Shown here piece after piece: positions 8,824 through 18,460 of a stretch of 64,000 nucleotides of DNA; positions within the stretch are counted from its first letter, which is position 1; each line of letters begins with the position of its first letter. A model generated the notes under the pieces. It was not told the origin of the DNA. It did no database searches and saw only the letters and a program-made list of their open reading frames with translations. Origin of the DNA: an uncultured Gammaproteobacteria bacterium (GTDB taxonomy: Bacteria > Patescibacteriota > Patescibacteriia > UBA9934). A program made the position numbers and the translations under genes. The DNA lies in contig CAZREA010000001.1 of the NCBI GenBank assembly GCA_964599455.1, positions 353,829 to 417,828 on the forward strand, read 5' to 3'.

Positions 8824-9414
8824 TTAATTTTTCTTTAGAATTCTCCCAAACCAATAGGAATTCTCATATTTCTTTTCGGTCCGAAAACCAAGTCCCTGCA
8901 ATGCCTGATAAAAATCCTCTCGTCCGAACATTTCCTGATAGGGATGGTCTAAAAAGAGCTTCAGTCCCTTGCCCGGAAGGGATGAAAAGGTTTCGCGCGA
9001 AAGATCTTCGAGAATAAATGAACCTCCGGGTTTGAGTACTCGATTAATTTCCCGCAACGCTTCCCGCCAGTTCGGAATATGATGAAGGATGCCGAAGTCG
9101 AAAACAGCATCAAATGAACCTTCAACAAACGGCAGGTGTGCAACATCAGCTACGGAGAAGGAAACGTTATCGTCATCCACCCGACGCTTCGCACGAGCAA
9201 TCATGTTTTCATCAAGGTCAATTGCATACAGCTTTGCTGGCTCGAAATAGCGCCTGATAAGTTCCGTCCCCCGCCCTTGCCCGCATCCGATTTCAAGCAC
9301 CGTTTTTCCTTTTGGAAGGTCGGACATGCTTTTAAGCTTTCTGGCCTCGAACCCCTGAATAAACCCTCGAATCGGGTTATTCATAAGCCAAAACTCAACC
9401 TTGTTCATCAACAT
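8824..9414 (-). CDS. Class I SAM-dependent methyltransferase
   Basis: Contains VLEIGCGQGRGTE (motif I) and LKPGGSFIL (post-I). Confidence 0.65.
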   Translation of the reverse strand: MLMNKVEFWLMNNPIRGFIQGFEARKLKSMSDLPKGKTVLEIGCGQGRGTELIRRYFEPAKLYAIDLDENMIARAKRRVDDDNVSFSVADVAHLPFVEGSFDAVFDFGILHHIPNWREALREINRVLKPGGSFILEDLSRETFSSLPGKGLKLFLDHPYQEMFGREDFYQALQGLGFRTEKKYENSYWFGRILKKN

Positions 9415-9423
9415 ACCTTCGAG

Positions 9424-9822
9424 TTACTTAAATGCAATTTCAAACCGGTACATTCCCATTCCACACGTTCCTTCAAGGGTTCCCTGCGCTTGGGCTGCGG
9501 TAAGCGCAATAGTTTCTGTACCGGTGGGCTTGAGCATCGCCTGATAGCCGAGAGACGGGATAATTAGGGACGAGGAACAGTCATATGTTCCATTGGTTGC
9601 GACACGAAGCTCTGTAGGCACGCCCGCCTTGGCTTCAACAAACGACGGCGTATAGCCGCCTTTAGCGGCGAGATCGATGACCTGCGTTCCATTCTCGGTA
9701 CTAACCGACCCGTTATCCGTGGCAACCGTCGATGAGCCGTCATTCCTTAAGGCAAAGAAGAGTACCAATAATCCTACGGCAGCACCACAGAAAATTAACG
9801 CTGTTTTTGAATCCTTTTGCAT
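9424..9822 (-). CDS. Small secreted/membrane-anchored cupredoxin-like putative copper-binding protein
   Basis: N-terminal TM helix, then a beta-rich domain with a CSSS...CGMGMY Cys/Met cluster. It is the last gene of the csoR-copA operon. The fold assignment is from memory. Confidence 0.4.
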   Translation of the reverse strand: MQKDSKTALIFCGAAVGLLVLFFALRNDGSSTVATDNGSVSTENGTQVIDLAAKGGYTPSFVEAKAGVPTELRVATNGTYDCSSSLIIPSLGYQAMLKPTGTETIALTAAQAQGTLEGTCGMGMYRFEIAFK

Positions 9823-9837
9823 AAAAGAAGTTAGCTT

Positions 9838-10839
9838 TTAGAGAATGTTGAGTACATGAAGCGAGTTCCACACATTGAAAAGTGCCAACGCTACGACCAC
9901 AATACCCGCCGCTTTGAAGAACACGCCCTTCCACGGCTTGTTGGAGATTTCCAATGCCCCGAATGAAAGGAGCGCTAGCACAGGGAAAGTTCCAAGCGCA
10001 AATGCGAGCATGGTAAGCCCACCCGTCACAAAACTCCCCGTAGTGAGCGTGTAAACCTGCATGGATTGCGTGAAGCCGCATGGGAGGAAGAATGTGCCGA
10101 TCCCCACGAGGAACGGAGCCAGAACGTGTGAGGAACCGCTAGCGCGTACGGTATGCCGTGCAAAGACGCTGGGGAGCTTCGGTTGCAGCCGTTTGAGCGC
10201 CGGGAAGGTATCAAGCAGGTTGAGGCCCAAGATGAGCATAACGATTCCCACAGCTATTCCGAGCACCGCACTCCCCACAAGGCCGAGCTCGAATAACTTT
10301 CCTGCGCTTCCAATTGCGCCGCCAAGTACGAAGAATCCGCCGAGACGACCAACATGGAACATTGCCTGCGAGCGCCAATGTGTTTGGTTTTTGGCGGCGT
10401 TTGCTGAGAGCGACAGGACAAGTCCACCCACGACCGCCAGACACGTTGAGACGGAAGCGATGAGGCCGATCAGAACAGCCGTGCCGTAGGAGACGTTACC
10501 GGACGTAATCAGGTTAACGAGGCCGAGCTGCTGTAGCAGGAGGAAGCCGATAATAGCCGTCAGAGCTGCGGGTATGGCAATAAGAAACTCCCGATGGTTT
10601 TTTCTTTCTTTGGCGCGCTCCAGCGCAAGGCGGTAGCCGTTCCCTGAAACAAGTGTTGTCAGCTTTTCGGCGAGAACGGCAGGATCGCCGTCCAAGTCGC
10701 CAGAAACCGTCACGGCGCACATGGTGAGATCCGCCTTCACTTCTGCCACGCCTGCGTTGCCCTTGAGGGTTTCTTCAAGATAGAAGACGCAGGACGCGCA
10801 ATGCATCCCTTCTACAAAGAATGTGTGTTTACTTTGCAT
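9838..10839 (-). CDS. HMA-domain fused to DsbD_2/CcdA-like thiol-disulfide membrane transporter
   Basis: N-terminal GMHCASC heavy-metal-associated motif, then a 6-8 TM region with STCLAVVGG and FLPCGFT cysteine motifs typical of CcdA/DsbD_2. Confidence 0.55.
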   Translation of the reverse strand: MQSKHTFFVEGMHCASCVFYLEETLKGNAGVAEVKADLTMCAVTVSGDLDGDPAVLAEKLTTLVSGNGYRLALERAKERKNHREFLIAIPAALTAIIGFLLLQQLGLVNLITSGNVSYGTAVLIGLIASVSTCLAVVGGLVLSLSANAAKNQTHWRSQAMFHVGRLGGFFVLGGAIGSAGKLFELGLVGSAVLGIAVGIVMLILGLNLLDTFPALKRLQPKLPSVFARHTVRASGSSHVLAPFLVGIGTFFLPCGFTQSMQVYTLTTGSFVTGGLTMLAFALGTFPVLALLSFGALEISNKPWKGVFFKAAGIVVVALALFNVWNSLHVLNIL

Positions 10840-13087
10840 ACGAGATTTTCTTCATCTTCAAACGAAGCGAGTTGAGTACGACCGACACGCTCGACATCGC
10901 CATCGCAAACCCTGCAAACACCGGGGAGAGCAGCCAACCCGTGAACGGGTAGAAGACACCCGCAGCAAGCGGGATGCCGATGACGTTGTAGATGAAGGCC
11001 GAGAAAAGGTTTTGACGAACCGTACGCATTGTTGCCTTGGAAAGCTCGATTGCCTGCGAGATTTTACGAATATCGCCCTTAAGAAGCGTCACGTCGCTTG
11101 TCTCGATGGAGACATCAGAACCGGTTGCCATCGCCATGCCAACATCGGCTTGAGCGAGGGCCGGTGCATCGTTTACGCCATCGCCTGCCATCGCCACAAC
11201 CTCCCCCTTGGCTTGTAACTCTTTGATAAGCGCCAGTTTTTCTTGAGGTAGAACTCCCGCAACGTAACGATCAATACGGAGTTCATCCGCAACGGCCTTT
11301 GCCGTTCCTTCATGGTCTCCGGTTGCCATCACGACCTTGATTCCCATGCCATGCAGCTTCCGCACGGCTTCCTTGGCTTCGGGCTTGATCTTGTCGGCAA
11401 CCGCGACAACGGCGAGGACCTCTTTGTCGGTTGCGAGCGCGATCAACGTTGCATTCTTGGATGACGTCTTGCCCTTTGGGAGTGTGAGACCAAGTGACTG
11501 CAAAAGGGCCGGGCCGCCAACGTAATAGGTCGTTCCATCAATGACGCCACGGATACCGCTTCCCGCGATGTTCTCGAACTCAACAACCTTTTTCTTTTTG
11601 GCGTCCTTCGCATAGGCGACGATTGCGTCCGCAAGCGGGTGCTCGGACTTTTCTTCCAAGCTCGCCATAATGGAAAGCGCATCTCCTTCGGGCAGATCTC
11701 CTATTACGGTGAAGTTTGCGACTTCCGGCTTACCCTTGGTGAGCGTTCCGGTCTTATCGATAACAAGCGTCGTGATCTTGTGCATCTTTTCAAGCACCTC
11801 GGCATTTTTAATGAGAATACCTAGCGTTGCACCCCGTCCCACACCGACCATGATCGCCGTTGGTGTTGCGAGGCCGAGCGCACAAGGACACGCAATAACA
11901 AGGACAGTCACGAATGAGGAAATGGCGAGCGGCACATTGCCCAGAAAGAGCCAAACGATAAGGGCAATGAAGGCGACGACCAACACGGCGGGAACAAAGA
12001 CACCGGAAATCTTATCTGCAAGACGCTGAATGGGTGCCTTTGACCCTTGGGCGTCGGCAACAAGAGCGATAATGTGCGCGAGGAGGGTTTCCGAGCCGAT
12101 CCCGGTCGCCTGCATCGTGAACGATCCGCTCGTGTTCATCGTTCCGGCAGAAACCTTGTCACCCGCCTTCTTTTCGACGGGGACAGGTTCGCCGGTAAGC
12201 AGGGATTCGTCGATAAATGACGCACCTTCCGCTACAACCCCGTCCACGGGGATTTTCATGCCCGGTTTTACCAACACAACGTCGCCCTTCTGTACCTGAT
12301 CAATCGAGACCGTTTGTTCTCTGCCCTCCCTAAGAACGGTTGCGGTTTTTACCTGTAGTCCCATGAGCTTTTTAATCGCGTCTCCGGTTTTTTCTTTTGC
12401 TCGGGCTTCAAAGTATTTACCAAGAGTGATCAAACCGATTACGACAATGGTCACGTCGTAGTAGGTCGCCGTAACATCGAGATACGGAGCGAGGACTTCC
12501 TCAAAAGCGGTGAGTGCAAAACTGTATAAAAACGCCGCCACCGTTCCAAGGCCGACGAGCGTATCCATGTCCGCAACACCACGGCGTAGGAACATCCAAA
12601 GACCGCGCAGGTACTGCGTCCCAGTCACGAAGAGAACATATGTCGCCATGATGGGGAGCAAGTGGTGGACGAACTCATAGACCGTTTCCGTCATCGCAGG
12701 GATGACATTAAATTTTGCGAGGATCTCCCAAACCATCATGGCTGCGGCAATAACAACCATGGGCATCGCGACGATAACCTTTTTTCGCAGAGCTCGCGCT
12801 TCTCCGTCAGAAACCGCCGCATGATCGTGCCCCTGCGTCTGATGCGATTCCGGCATTGCGTGAGCAGCGGGGTGTTCCTTAGCGTGGAGCTTGTAACCCA
12901 ATGGCTCAATTGTGCCAGAGAGCTTCTCAACATCCGTTTGGGCGGGATCGAGGGTGATTCGGGCTTCTTCCGTCGCCAAGTTCACCGAAACGTCTTTGAC
13001 GCCCTCTTGCGCCCCAAGTTTTTTCTCAATGCGGGACACGCACGAGGCGCAATGCATGCCTGAAATATGGGCAGTTATTTTCTCCAT
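10829..13087 (-). CDS. copA: Copper-translocating P1B-type ATPase
   Basis: HMA GMHCASC at the N-terminus, TM CPC motif ([12 protein letters not shown]), DKTGTLT phosphorylation site, [10 protein letters not shown] hinge. Confidence 0.9.
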   Translation of the reverse strand: MEKITAHISGMHCASCVSRIEKKLGAQEGVKDVSVNLATEEARITLDPAQTDVEKLSGTIEPLGYKLHAKEHPAAHAMPESHQTQGHDHAAVSDGEARALRKKVIVAMPMVVIAAAMMVWEILAKFNVIPAMTETVYEFVHHLLPIMATYVLFVTGTQYLRGLWMFLRRGVADMDTLVGLGTVAAFLYSFALTAFEEVLAPYLDVTATYYDVTIVVIGLITLGKYFEARAKEKTGDAIKKLMGLQVKTATVLREGREQTVSIDQVQKGDVVLVKPGMKIPVDGVVAEGASFIDESLLTGEPVPVEKKAGDKVSAGTMNTSGSFTMQATGIGSETLLAHIIALVADAQGSKAPIQRLADKISGVFVPAVLVVAFIALIVWLFLGNVPLAISSFVTVLVIACPCALGLATPTAIMVGVGRGATLGILIKNAEVLEKMHKITTLVIDKTGTLTKGKPEVANFTVIGDLPEGDALSIMASLEEKSEHPLADAIVAYAKDAKKKKVVEFENIAGSGIRGVIDGTTYYVGGPALLQSLGLTLPKGKTSSKNATLIALATDKEVLAVVAVADKIKPEAKEAVRKLHGMGIKVVMATGDHEGTAKAVADELRIDRYVAGVLPQEKLALIKELQAKGEVVAMAGDGVNDAPALAQADVGMAMATGSDVSIETSDVTLLKGDIRKISQAIELSKATMRTVRQNLFSAFIYNVIGIPLAAGVFYPFTGWLLSPVFAGFAMAMSSVSVVLNSLRLKMKKISYAK

Positions 13088-13089
13088 AT

Positions 13090-13356
13090 TTATTTGCGCT
13101 TGAGTTTATAGACCTTAAGGATTTCCTCGACCGCCTTACTCTCCTTGCCGTTCTTGATTTGGTTGATGGCACAATGGCCCAAATGGCCTTCAAGCAAAAT
13201 ATCTTCAATGTTCGATAACCCCTGCTTCGCAGCAGAGGTCTGGGTGATGACATCGATACAATAGGTATCTTTTCCAATCATTTCCTGAAGACCACGAATC
13301 TGACCTTCGATGATTTTGAGCCGACGAAGTAAGCCCTTTTTGTCGCCATGTTTCAT
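13090..13356 (-). CDS. csoR: CsoR/RcnR-family copper-sensing transcriptional repressor
   Basis: About 88 aa with the C-x(n)-H-x3-C signature (YCIDV...HLGHCAI). The first ATG is at 13356; the track start at 13362 is a TTG. Confidence 0.7.
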   Translation of the reverse strand: MKHGDKKGLLRRLKIIEGQIRGLQEMIGKDTYCIDVITQTSAAKQGLSNIEDILLEGHLGHCAINQIKNGKESKAVEEILKVYKLKRK

Positions 13357-13363
13357 ACGCAAA

Positions 13364-13389
13364 CATGATACCCCCTAGGGGGTATCATG
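13364..13389. promoter_or_regulatory. Perfect 26-bp palindrome CATGATACCCCCTAGGGGGTATCATG, candidate CsoR operator
   Basis: It lies immediately upstream of csoR-copA. The TACCC-N-GGGTA core resembles CsoR boxes described for Gram-positive copZA operators, as recalled. Confidence 0.5.
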
Positions 13390-13421
13390 TTAAGAGGCAA
13401 AGTGGATAGCGATTGTTCGGT

Positions 13422-14327
13422 TCAAAAAATAGAGTTAATGGGATTCTTTTCGATACTTGCATGAACCTGCTTTTGGTTGACTTGGGTGTAAATCATGGTG
13501 GTCGTTATTTCTTTATGACCAAGCGCCCGTTGAACGGCGAGAATATCATTGCTCCCCACATATGTTTGCGTGGCGAACGTATGACGGAACTTATGGGGTT
13601 TAATCCGTATACCCGCTCGCTCCCCAATGAGCCGAGTAAGGTGTTTGAGGCCGTTTACCGTGAACCGAGTTCGACCATGATAGGAGACCCAGAGCCAAAC
13701 TGTTTCTACTTTCCGCTTGTCTCGTTCACGCAGGTATCGCTCAAGAAGTTCACGAAGCCGAAAACACATCGGCACAGAACGTGCGGAGCGGCTTTTAGAT
13801 GTTTCGGCTCGGACGCGGATGACGCAGTTTTCCCAATCGAGATCGGTGAGCTTGAGGTTCAGGAGCTCCCCCTTCCGAAGCCCGGCCATAGCCATGACAC
13901 CGAATAAAGCTACATTACGGATACGTTCAAAGTCGGTTTTGGCGCACATGTTAACGTGGTACATGATCGTCTCCATTTCCGTTTGCGAGTAATACTCTGG
14001 CAAGTTCTTCATGAGGGGTGGAACTGGAATGGTATCGAGCGGATTCATGGCCAGATGCCCACGATTAACACACCATTTGAAGAAGGGCGCGAGGTTTTTA
14101 CGGTACGAAATGATTGTCGCTGCCTTCCAGCCACGTTCGCGTTCTCCGCGAATAAGAAACTGCCGCAAAATACCTTCCGTCAACTCGTCAGTTGTTTTGA
14201 CAGGAAATAATTTCAATAGCAGGCGAAAGCTCTCATGGTAGCTTTGCATCGTCGCATCCGAACGACGCGCGAGGGTTCCGTCCTCGCACTCGCGGATGAA
14301 CTGGTTGTGCGCCTGCTGTACATTCAC
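13422..14327 (-). CDS. Tyrosine recombinase/integrase (XerC/D-like)
   Basis: C-terminal catalytic region HKFRHTFAT...LGH...Y with R..HxxR..Y spacing. Confidence 0.8.
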   Translation of the reverse strand: MNVQQAHNQFIRECEDGTLARRSDATMQSYHESFRLLLKLFPVKTTDELTEGILRQFLIRGERERGWKAATIISYRKNLAPFFKWCVNRGHLAMNPLDTIPVPPLMKNLPEYYSQTEMETIMYHVNMCAKTDFERIRNVALFGVMAMAGLRKGELLNLKLTDLDWENCVIRVRAETSKSRSARSVPMCFRLRELLERYLRERDKRKVETVWLWVSYHGRTRFTVNGLKHLTRLIGERAGIRIKPHKFRHTFATQTYVGSNDILAVQRALGHKEITTTMIYTQVNQKQVHASIEKNPINSIF

Positions 14328-14331
14328 AAAA

Positions 14332-14670
14332 TTATTTCATTTCCCACCCGCGCTTTGCGGCAAACTCTTGGCTAATGTCATAAACCATCTGCCAGAGACG
14401 GTCGTCACCCATAAGCTCCACGATGAGCTCCTCCATTTCCGCATCTCCAATTGCAACTCCGTAGTAATCCCGGAAATGAAACCAGAAAGATTCGATAAAG
14501 TCGTACGAAAAGAATTGCTTGCGATCTGGGTGCTCCAAATACATTTGGCGATCTCGCTTTTCGGCTTTATCCGCTCTTGCAAGCATCTCTTCAAATTCTG
14601 GCTTCTCCATATGCTCAAGGGATGCCTGTACCTCCGCCTCCGTCGCCGACTGAATGTTCTCTTGGTTCAT
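14332..14670 (-). CDS. Hypothetical protein (between two recombinase genes)
   Basis: 112-aa acidic ORF, spaced 4 to 14 nt from its neighbours. Confidence 0.4.
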   Translation of the reverse strand: MNQENIQSATEAEVQASLEHMEKPEFEEMLARADKAEKRDRQMYLEHPDRKQFFSYDFIESFWFHFRDYYGVAIGDAEMEELIVELMGDDRLWQMVYDISQEFAAKRGWEMK

Positions 14671-14684
14671 ATCATTTGGGGTTA

Positions 14685-15845
14685 TTAGTTATTTGCTGAC
14701 ATTGCTTTCACGATTTGTGCGATGCGGGCTAAATCTTCCTCGCCAAGAACCGGCTTGGCCTGTAGTGATTCGGGGTCAATGCCGCTTAGCAATTCAATCT
14801 GTCGCTCCTCATCGATCTTGCCGTACCCGTACGAACCGAATGTCGTTGAAACGTGTTCGTGGCCGAGGTTTTGGCTGATTGCCTTTTTCTGCTCCTCGGT
14901 AAGCGGGATTTTCATGAACTCTTTGACGACAAGGTGACGGAATGTGTGAGGATGAAAGTACGGCACTCCGGCGGCCTTGAATCGCTTCTCAAAGATCTTT
15001 CGCGCTGAACTGCTCTTCTCCCAAAATTCTTGGTTAACCTCCCCCGAACTGTAGTAACTGACGTTTTCTTCACCTTGCTCGATTTTTGTTGCCGGGAAGA
15101 TGGGGTCGGTTGCCGCGTACCCTTTCTCGTTCACGAGATAGTCGTACCAACTGAGAAAGTATTCTTTTGGTTTGTCGTATTTGAGCGGGAAGAGGGCTGT
15201 GGTGATGCGTTTGGCGTACTTCGTTTTCACACCCAATGACGGGTCTTGATCGACAACGAGGTCGTCACGATCAAATGCACCGATGGGAAGACTGACGATT
15301 GCCGATATGCGAGCGCCTGTCAGGAGCGAGAAGGAGATCAGTGCCCTGTCTCGACGGTCAACCTCGGTTATTGGCTCGATGAACTCTATGACTGTCTGAA
15401 CCTGCTCAATCGTTGGAATTTTGCGCCGCCCGGACTGACGTGCTTGTCGGCTCTCCTTCTTTCCGAGATTCAGGAAGTCGATGTCGGTTATCTTGATGCT
15501 TTGCTTGTAGGCATCCTGCTCGGCAAGCCACCGGAAGAACGCCTTGAGCTTGCGTAGCGTGTGGTACTGGTATGACACGCTCAGCTTCTCATCCCCTGCG
15601 CCATCACGATCGGCGAGCCAACTTTTGAACTGCATGGCGTTCGCTTTGTTGAACGACCGGAAATCTTCATCGTGCGTAAATTCCTGCCAACGAAGGAGCG
15701 CCTTCTCGTAGGTCTCAATGCTGTTTTCGGCATACCCACCCGAGGCACGTTGATAATCGAAGAAGCGACGCTTCATGATCTCGTTTTGGTAACGAATTTC
15801 CTCGTGGGATTTGCCTTTGATTTTGTCTTCGATGAATTCACTCAT
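14685..15845 (-). CDS. Phage-type tyrosine integrase with N-terminal SAM-like/core-binding domain
   Basis: HPHTFRHLVVKE...LGHEHVSTTFGSYGY. 386 aa. Confidence 0.8.
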   Translation of the reverse strand: MSEFIEDKIKGKSHEEIRYQNEIMKRRFFDYQRASGGYAENSIETYEKALLRWQEFTHDEDFRSFNKANAMQFKSWLADRDGAGDEKLSVSYQYHTLRKLKAFFRWLAEQDAYKQSIKITDIDFLNLGKKESRQARQSGRRKIPTIEQVQTVIEFIEPITEVDRRDRALISFSLLTGARISAIVSLPIGAFDRDDLVVDQDPSLGVKTKYAKRITTALFPLKYDKPKEYFLSWYDYLVNEKGYAATDPIFPATKIEQGEENVSYYSSGEVNQEFWEKSSSARKIFEKRFKAAGVPYFHPHTFRHLVVKEFMKIPLTEEQKKAISQNLGHEHVSTTFGSYGYGKIDEERQIELLSGIDPESLQAKPVLGEEDLARIAQIVKAMSANN

Positions 15846-16291
15846 ATAGTCGTGTTGGGTGGTGATCGATTAATCCCTTTGGGAGATGTACGAAGGAATC
15901 GGCGCATGATCGTGTTGCAACGTCCGCAATGAGCGACATATTGCAATTGATCTTGGTTGTCTTTGCCGACTTTTTTGCCGGTCTTTTCTGTTCGTACTTC
16001 TCTGAGATCAACCCGTATCGCTTCGTGACACTTGAGGCAGTACAGCTCATCCGACTTCAGCTTCACTTCATGGCTCTTTCGCCGCTCACGCAGGAAGGCG
16101 ATCACCGTCTCGCCGTAAAAGAGCAATGGATTTGTATCTGACCTAATGGGCTGTAGACCTTCTTCAATCCATCGATAAACCGTCCCTCGGGTCGCCCCTA
16201 ATCGATCGGCGATTTCCTGTGGCGTATACGTTCGACGCTCCCTGATAATTCGGAGGTTATAGTTGCGCATAGTGGTAGAAGTTAGTTCCAC
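15842..16291 (-). CDS. Excisionase-like HTH DNA-binding protein with C-terminal zinc-ribbon
   Basis: HTH YTPQEIADRLGATRGTVYRWIEEG plus CLKCH...CGRC. The gene overlaps the integrase start by 4 nt. Confidence 0.5.
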   Translation of the reverse strand: MELTSTTMRNYNLRIIRERRTYTPQEIADRLGATRGTVYRWIEEGLQPIRSDTNPLLFYGETVIAFLRERRKSHEVKLKSDELYCLKCHEAIRVDLREVRTEKTGKKVGKDNQDQLQYVAHCGRCNTIMRRFLRTSPKGINRSPPNTTI

Positions 16292-16626
16292 CAGCTCTGC
16301 CCTAGCGCTCCCCGGATTCGACCTTTGACATCCCGAACCGTTGCCCAGAATCGTATCGGCTCCACGATGATCTCTCCCGAGAACAATTGACCCTGTATTT
16401 CCTCAAGCTCTTTAGAGGACACAAAAACTGCCACGGCACGGCGTGGGTTGATAGGATCAGATTCAAATGCCTTGATGGGGATCTCGCGGTAGGCGAGAAC
16501 ACAGATCAAAATAAACTCCGAGGTCTTGAATAGCTTCTCTTTGGATTTCATACAGTCATCTTTTTCATATTGCTTACCACCCCATTTCATCAAAAACGGA
16601 TCACTTAAAATAAGCAGAAACCCCAC
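16282..16626 (-). CDS. Hypothetical protein
   Basis: 114-aa ORF overlapping the next gene by 10 nt. No motif recognised. Confidence 0.35.
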   Translation of the reverse strand: MGFLLILSDPFLMKWGGKQYEKDDCMKSKEKLFKTSEFILICVLAYREIPIKAFESDPINPRRAVAVFVSSKELEEIQGQLFSGEIIVEPIRFWATVRDVKGRIRGALGQSWWN

Positions 16627-16697
16627 CTGCGGAATAACAAAAAAGAGCCGAATGTCCGGGCTCTTAAAAAGTTATCCCCGCTTTAAGTAGAGTTAAG

Positions 16698-17501
16698 TTA
16701 AGCAGTTTTATTTCGACGGGTTTGAAATGCTTTTTGAGTTAAGACTTCCACCGATACCTTGAAGACGACGAAATCGTAGTCCCTCCCAAGAATCTGGGTG
16801 AGCTCATGTTTTCCTTTCGTATAAAGAGGGCACCGACCGTTGGTATTGAAGTAATCCAAAGCTCCTCGAATATCTTGATGACGGAAGCGTTCGCCTTCAG
16901 CGATACGGATCAAGAGATCCCAATACTTTCCATATTTTACCGAAAATGCCCCTGCATAGTTGCCGTTCACAACCACAACTACCTCTCCCTTGCTCCGATC
17001 GGGCAAAAGACCAAGTTGTTGGATCGTTGAATTACAAATATCTTCGTCCTCGTTTTTTGTAGGTTCTCCATCATTTACGCGCCCATCGTTAAGATGTTCC
17101 GCAACCATGAGCGCGATATCCTCCTTGTCTTGCCACCCCATCCGTCGATTGGAAACAATGTACGGAAGGGTTTCTTGTTCTTCTAGGATGTTGGCATACA
17201 GGCCCCCGAATTGCGTGGGTTCGAGAACGGGCAACTGGGGAATTTTTAACACCGCAGTCGCTTGCTCGCTTACTCTCTGAAGTATTTTGTAAGAATCGAT
17301 GATTCCTGAAAAGTTTATCGCTTCAGATATTTGCGTTGCAGTTTTTTGAGCAACGGTCATCGCGCGAGCAATCTGATCAAACTGGCTTTTATGGGCATCG
17401 ACAAAATCCTGAATCACTTTCTGAGATTCAAGGTATGGCTGCATCATTTTTTTCATCTGGCTCTCAACGGCCGGGAGAGCATCTGAATCTAATTCGCTCA
17501 T
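16698..17501 (-). CDS. Hypothetical protein (element cargo)
   Basis: 267-aa ORF with no recognisable domain. Confidence 0.45.
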   Translation of the reverse strand: MSELDSDALPAVESQMKKMMQPYLESQKVIQDFVDAHKSQFDQIARAMTVAQKTATQISEAINFSGIIDSYKILQRVSEQATAVLKIPQLPVLEPTQFGGLYANILEEQETLPYIVSNRRMGWQDKEDIALMVAEHLNDGRVNDGEPTKNEDEDICNSTIQQLGLLPDRSKGEVVVVVNGNYAGAFSVKYGKYWDLLIRIAEGERFRHQDIRGALDYFNTNGRCPLYTKGKHELTQILGRDYDFVVFKVSVEVLTQKAFQTRRNKTA

Positions 17502-17639
17502 ATCGTCATCTTATCTGGGACAAAATTACCAGAAAAAACTGCACTTTTCAATTTGAAGCATGGATAAGCTTGGAGTTGCTTACCCTCAAAAAGTAAGGTA
17601 TTATCTCGGCACAACACCTAAACCCGACCAGTATGGTTG

Positions 17640-17803
17640 GGCATGGTTAAACACCTACACGACTGAGACGGTCTTCCGACTGGCACTTATTCGTGTAGGG
17701 CCCTATTCCGCAAGGATAGGGGGTTGTTGCCGAAAGGCGCAGCCGTCAGCTCGGGGGACCTTTTGAGTTTCCCGAAATCTAATTAACCCCTACACGAATA
17801 CCT
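17640..17803 (+). promoter_or_regulatory. Candidate structured 5' leader/cis-regulatory RNA with mutually exclusive pairings
   Basis: CCTACACGA (17654-17662) and CCCCTACACGA (17787-17797) can each pair with TCGTGTAGG (17691-17699). Between them are hairpins CCCTAT-UCCGCAAGG-ATAGGG and GCC-GAAA-GGC (GNRA). The second CCTACACGA ends 7 nt before the ATG at 17804. Confidence 0.3.
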
Positions 17804-18382
17804 ATGTCGCACGATACGACAGGGACCAAGAACTGGTTCGCCAGACACAAGATACTTAGCGCACTCGGAGGCCTCGTTCTCTTTTTCATAATTATTGGAG
17901 CGGTTTCAGGTGGCTCATCTGATACAAGCTCCTCAAGTGGCTCCTCTGGCTCCAATACCGGCCAACAGAACGCGCCTGCGGCTTACACGCTGAACGATCA
18001 AGTGACCGTGGGCGATGTAAAGTGGGTCGTGACCTCTGCTACGTCCAAAGCTTCGCTTGCGGGAGCGTTTGGCGGAACGGAAACCACCCAAGGAAAATTT
18101 GTGGTGATCAATGTGACTGTTGAAAATCTCGGGAAAGACATGAAAACCATGTCGAACCTAAAATTGGTCGATAGCCAAGGCCGGGAGTTTACGAGCTCTT
18201 CAAAGAGCTACAAGAACCTTGGAGCGGATCAGCTCTATATCCTACAAAACTTGAATCCCAATCTACCGTACACCTTCGCTGATGTGTACGAAGTGCCCGC
18301 CGACGCGGAGGGCTTCTCGGTAGTGGTCGGGGATCTGACCTTCTTCGGAAATAACGAAGCTAACATTGGCCTCGGTTTCTAA
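17804..18382 (+). CDS. Membrane-anchored DUF4352-like (Ig-like) domain protein
   Basis: N-terminal TM helix, Ser/Gly linker, then VGDVKWVV...GKFVVINVTVENLGKD...LKLVDSQGREF pattern resembling DUF4352. Confidence 0.45.
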   Translation: MSHDTTGTKNWFARHKILSALGGLVLFFIIIGAVSGGSSDTSSSSGSSGSNTGQQNAPAAYTLNDQVTVGDVKWVVTSATSKASLAGAFGGTETTQGKFVVINVTVENLGKDMKTMSNLKLVDSQGREFTSSSKSYKNLGADQLYILQNLNPNLPYTFADVYEVPADAEGFSVVVGDLTFFGNNEANIGLGF

Positions 18383-18400
18383 ACCGAAGTGCTCATATAG

Positions 18401-18428
18401 AAAACCTCCCAAAAAGGGAGGTTTTCTT
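18401..18428 (+). terminator. Rho-independent terminator
   Basis: AACCTCCC-AAAAA-GGGAGGTT followed by TTCTTG. Confidence 0.55.
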
Positions 18429-18460
18429 GCTGTACGAATGGCCCTCTGATTGGTAAGCTC

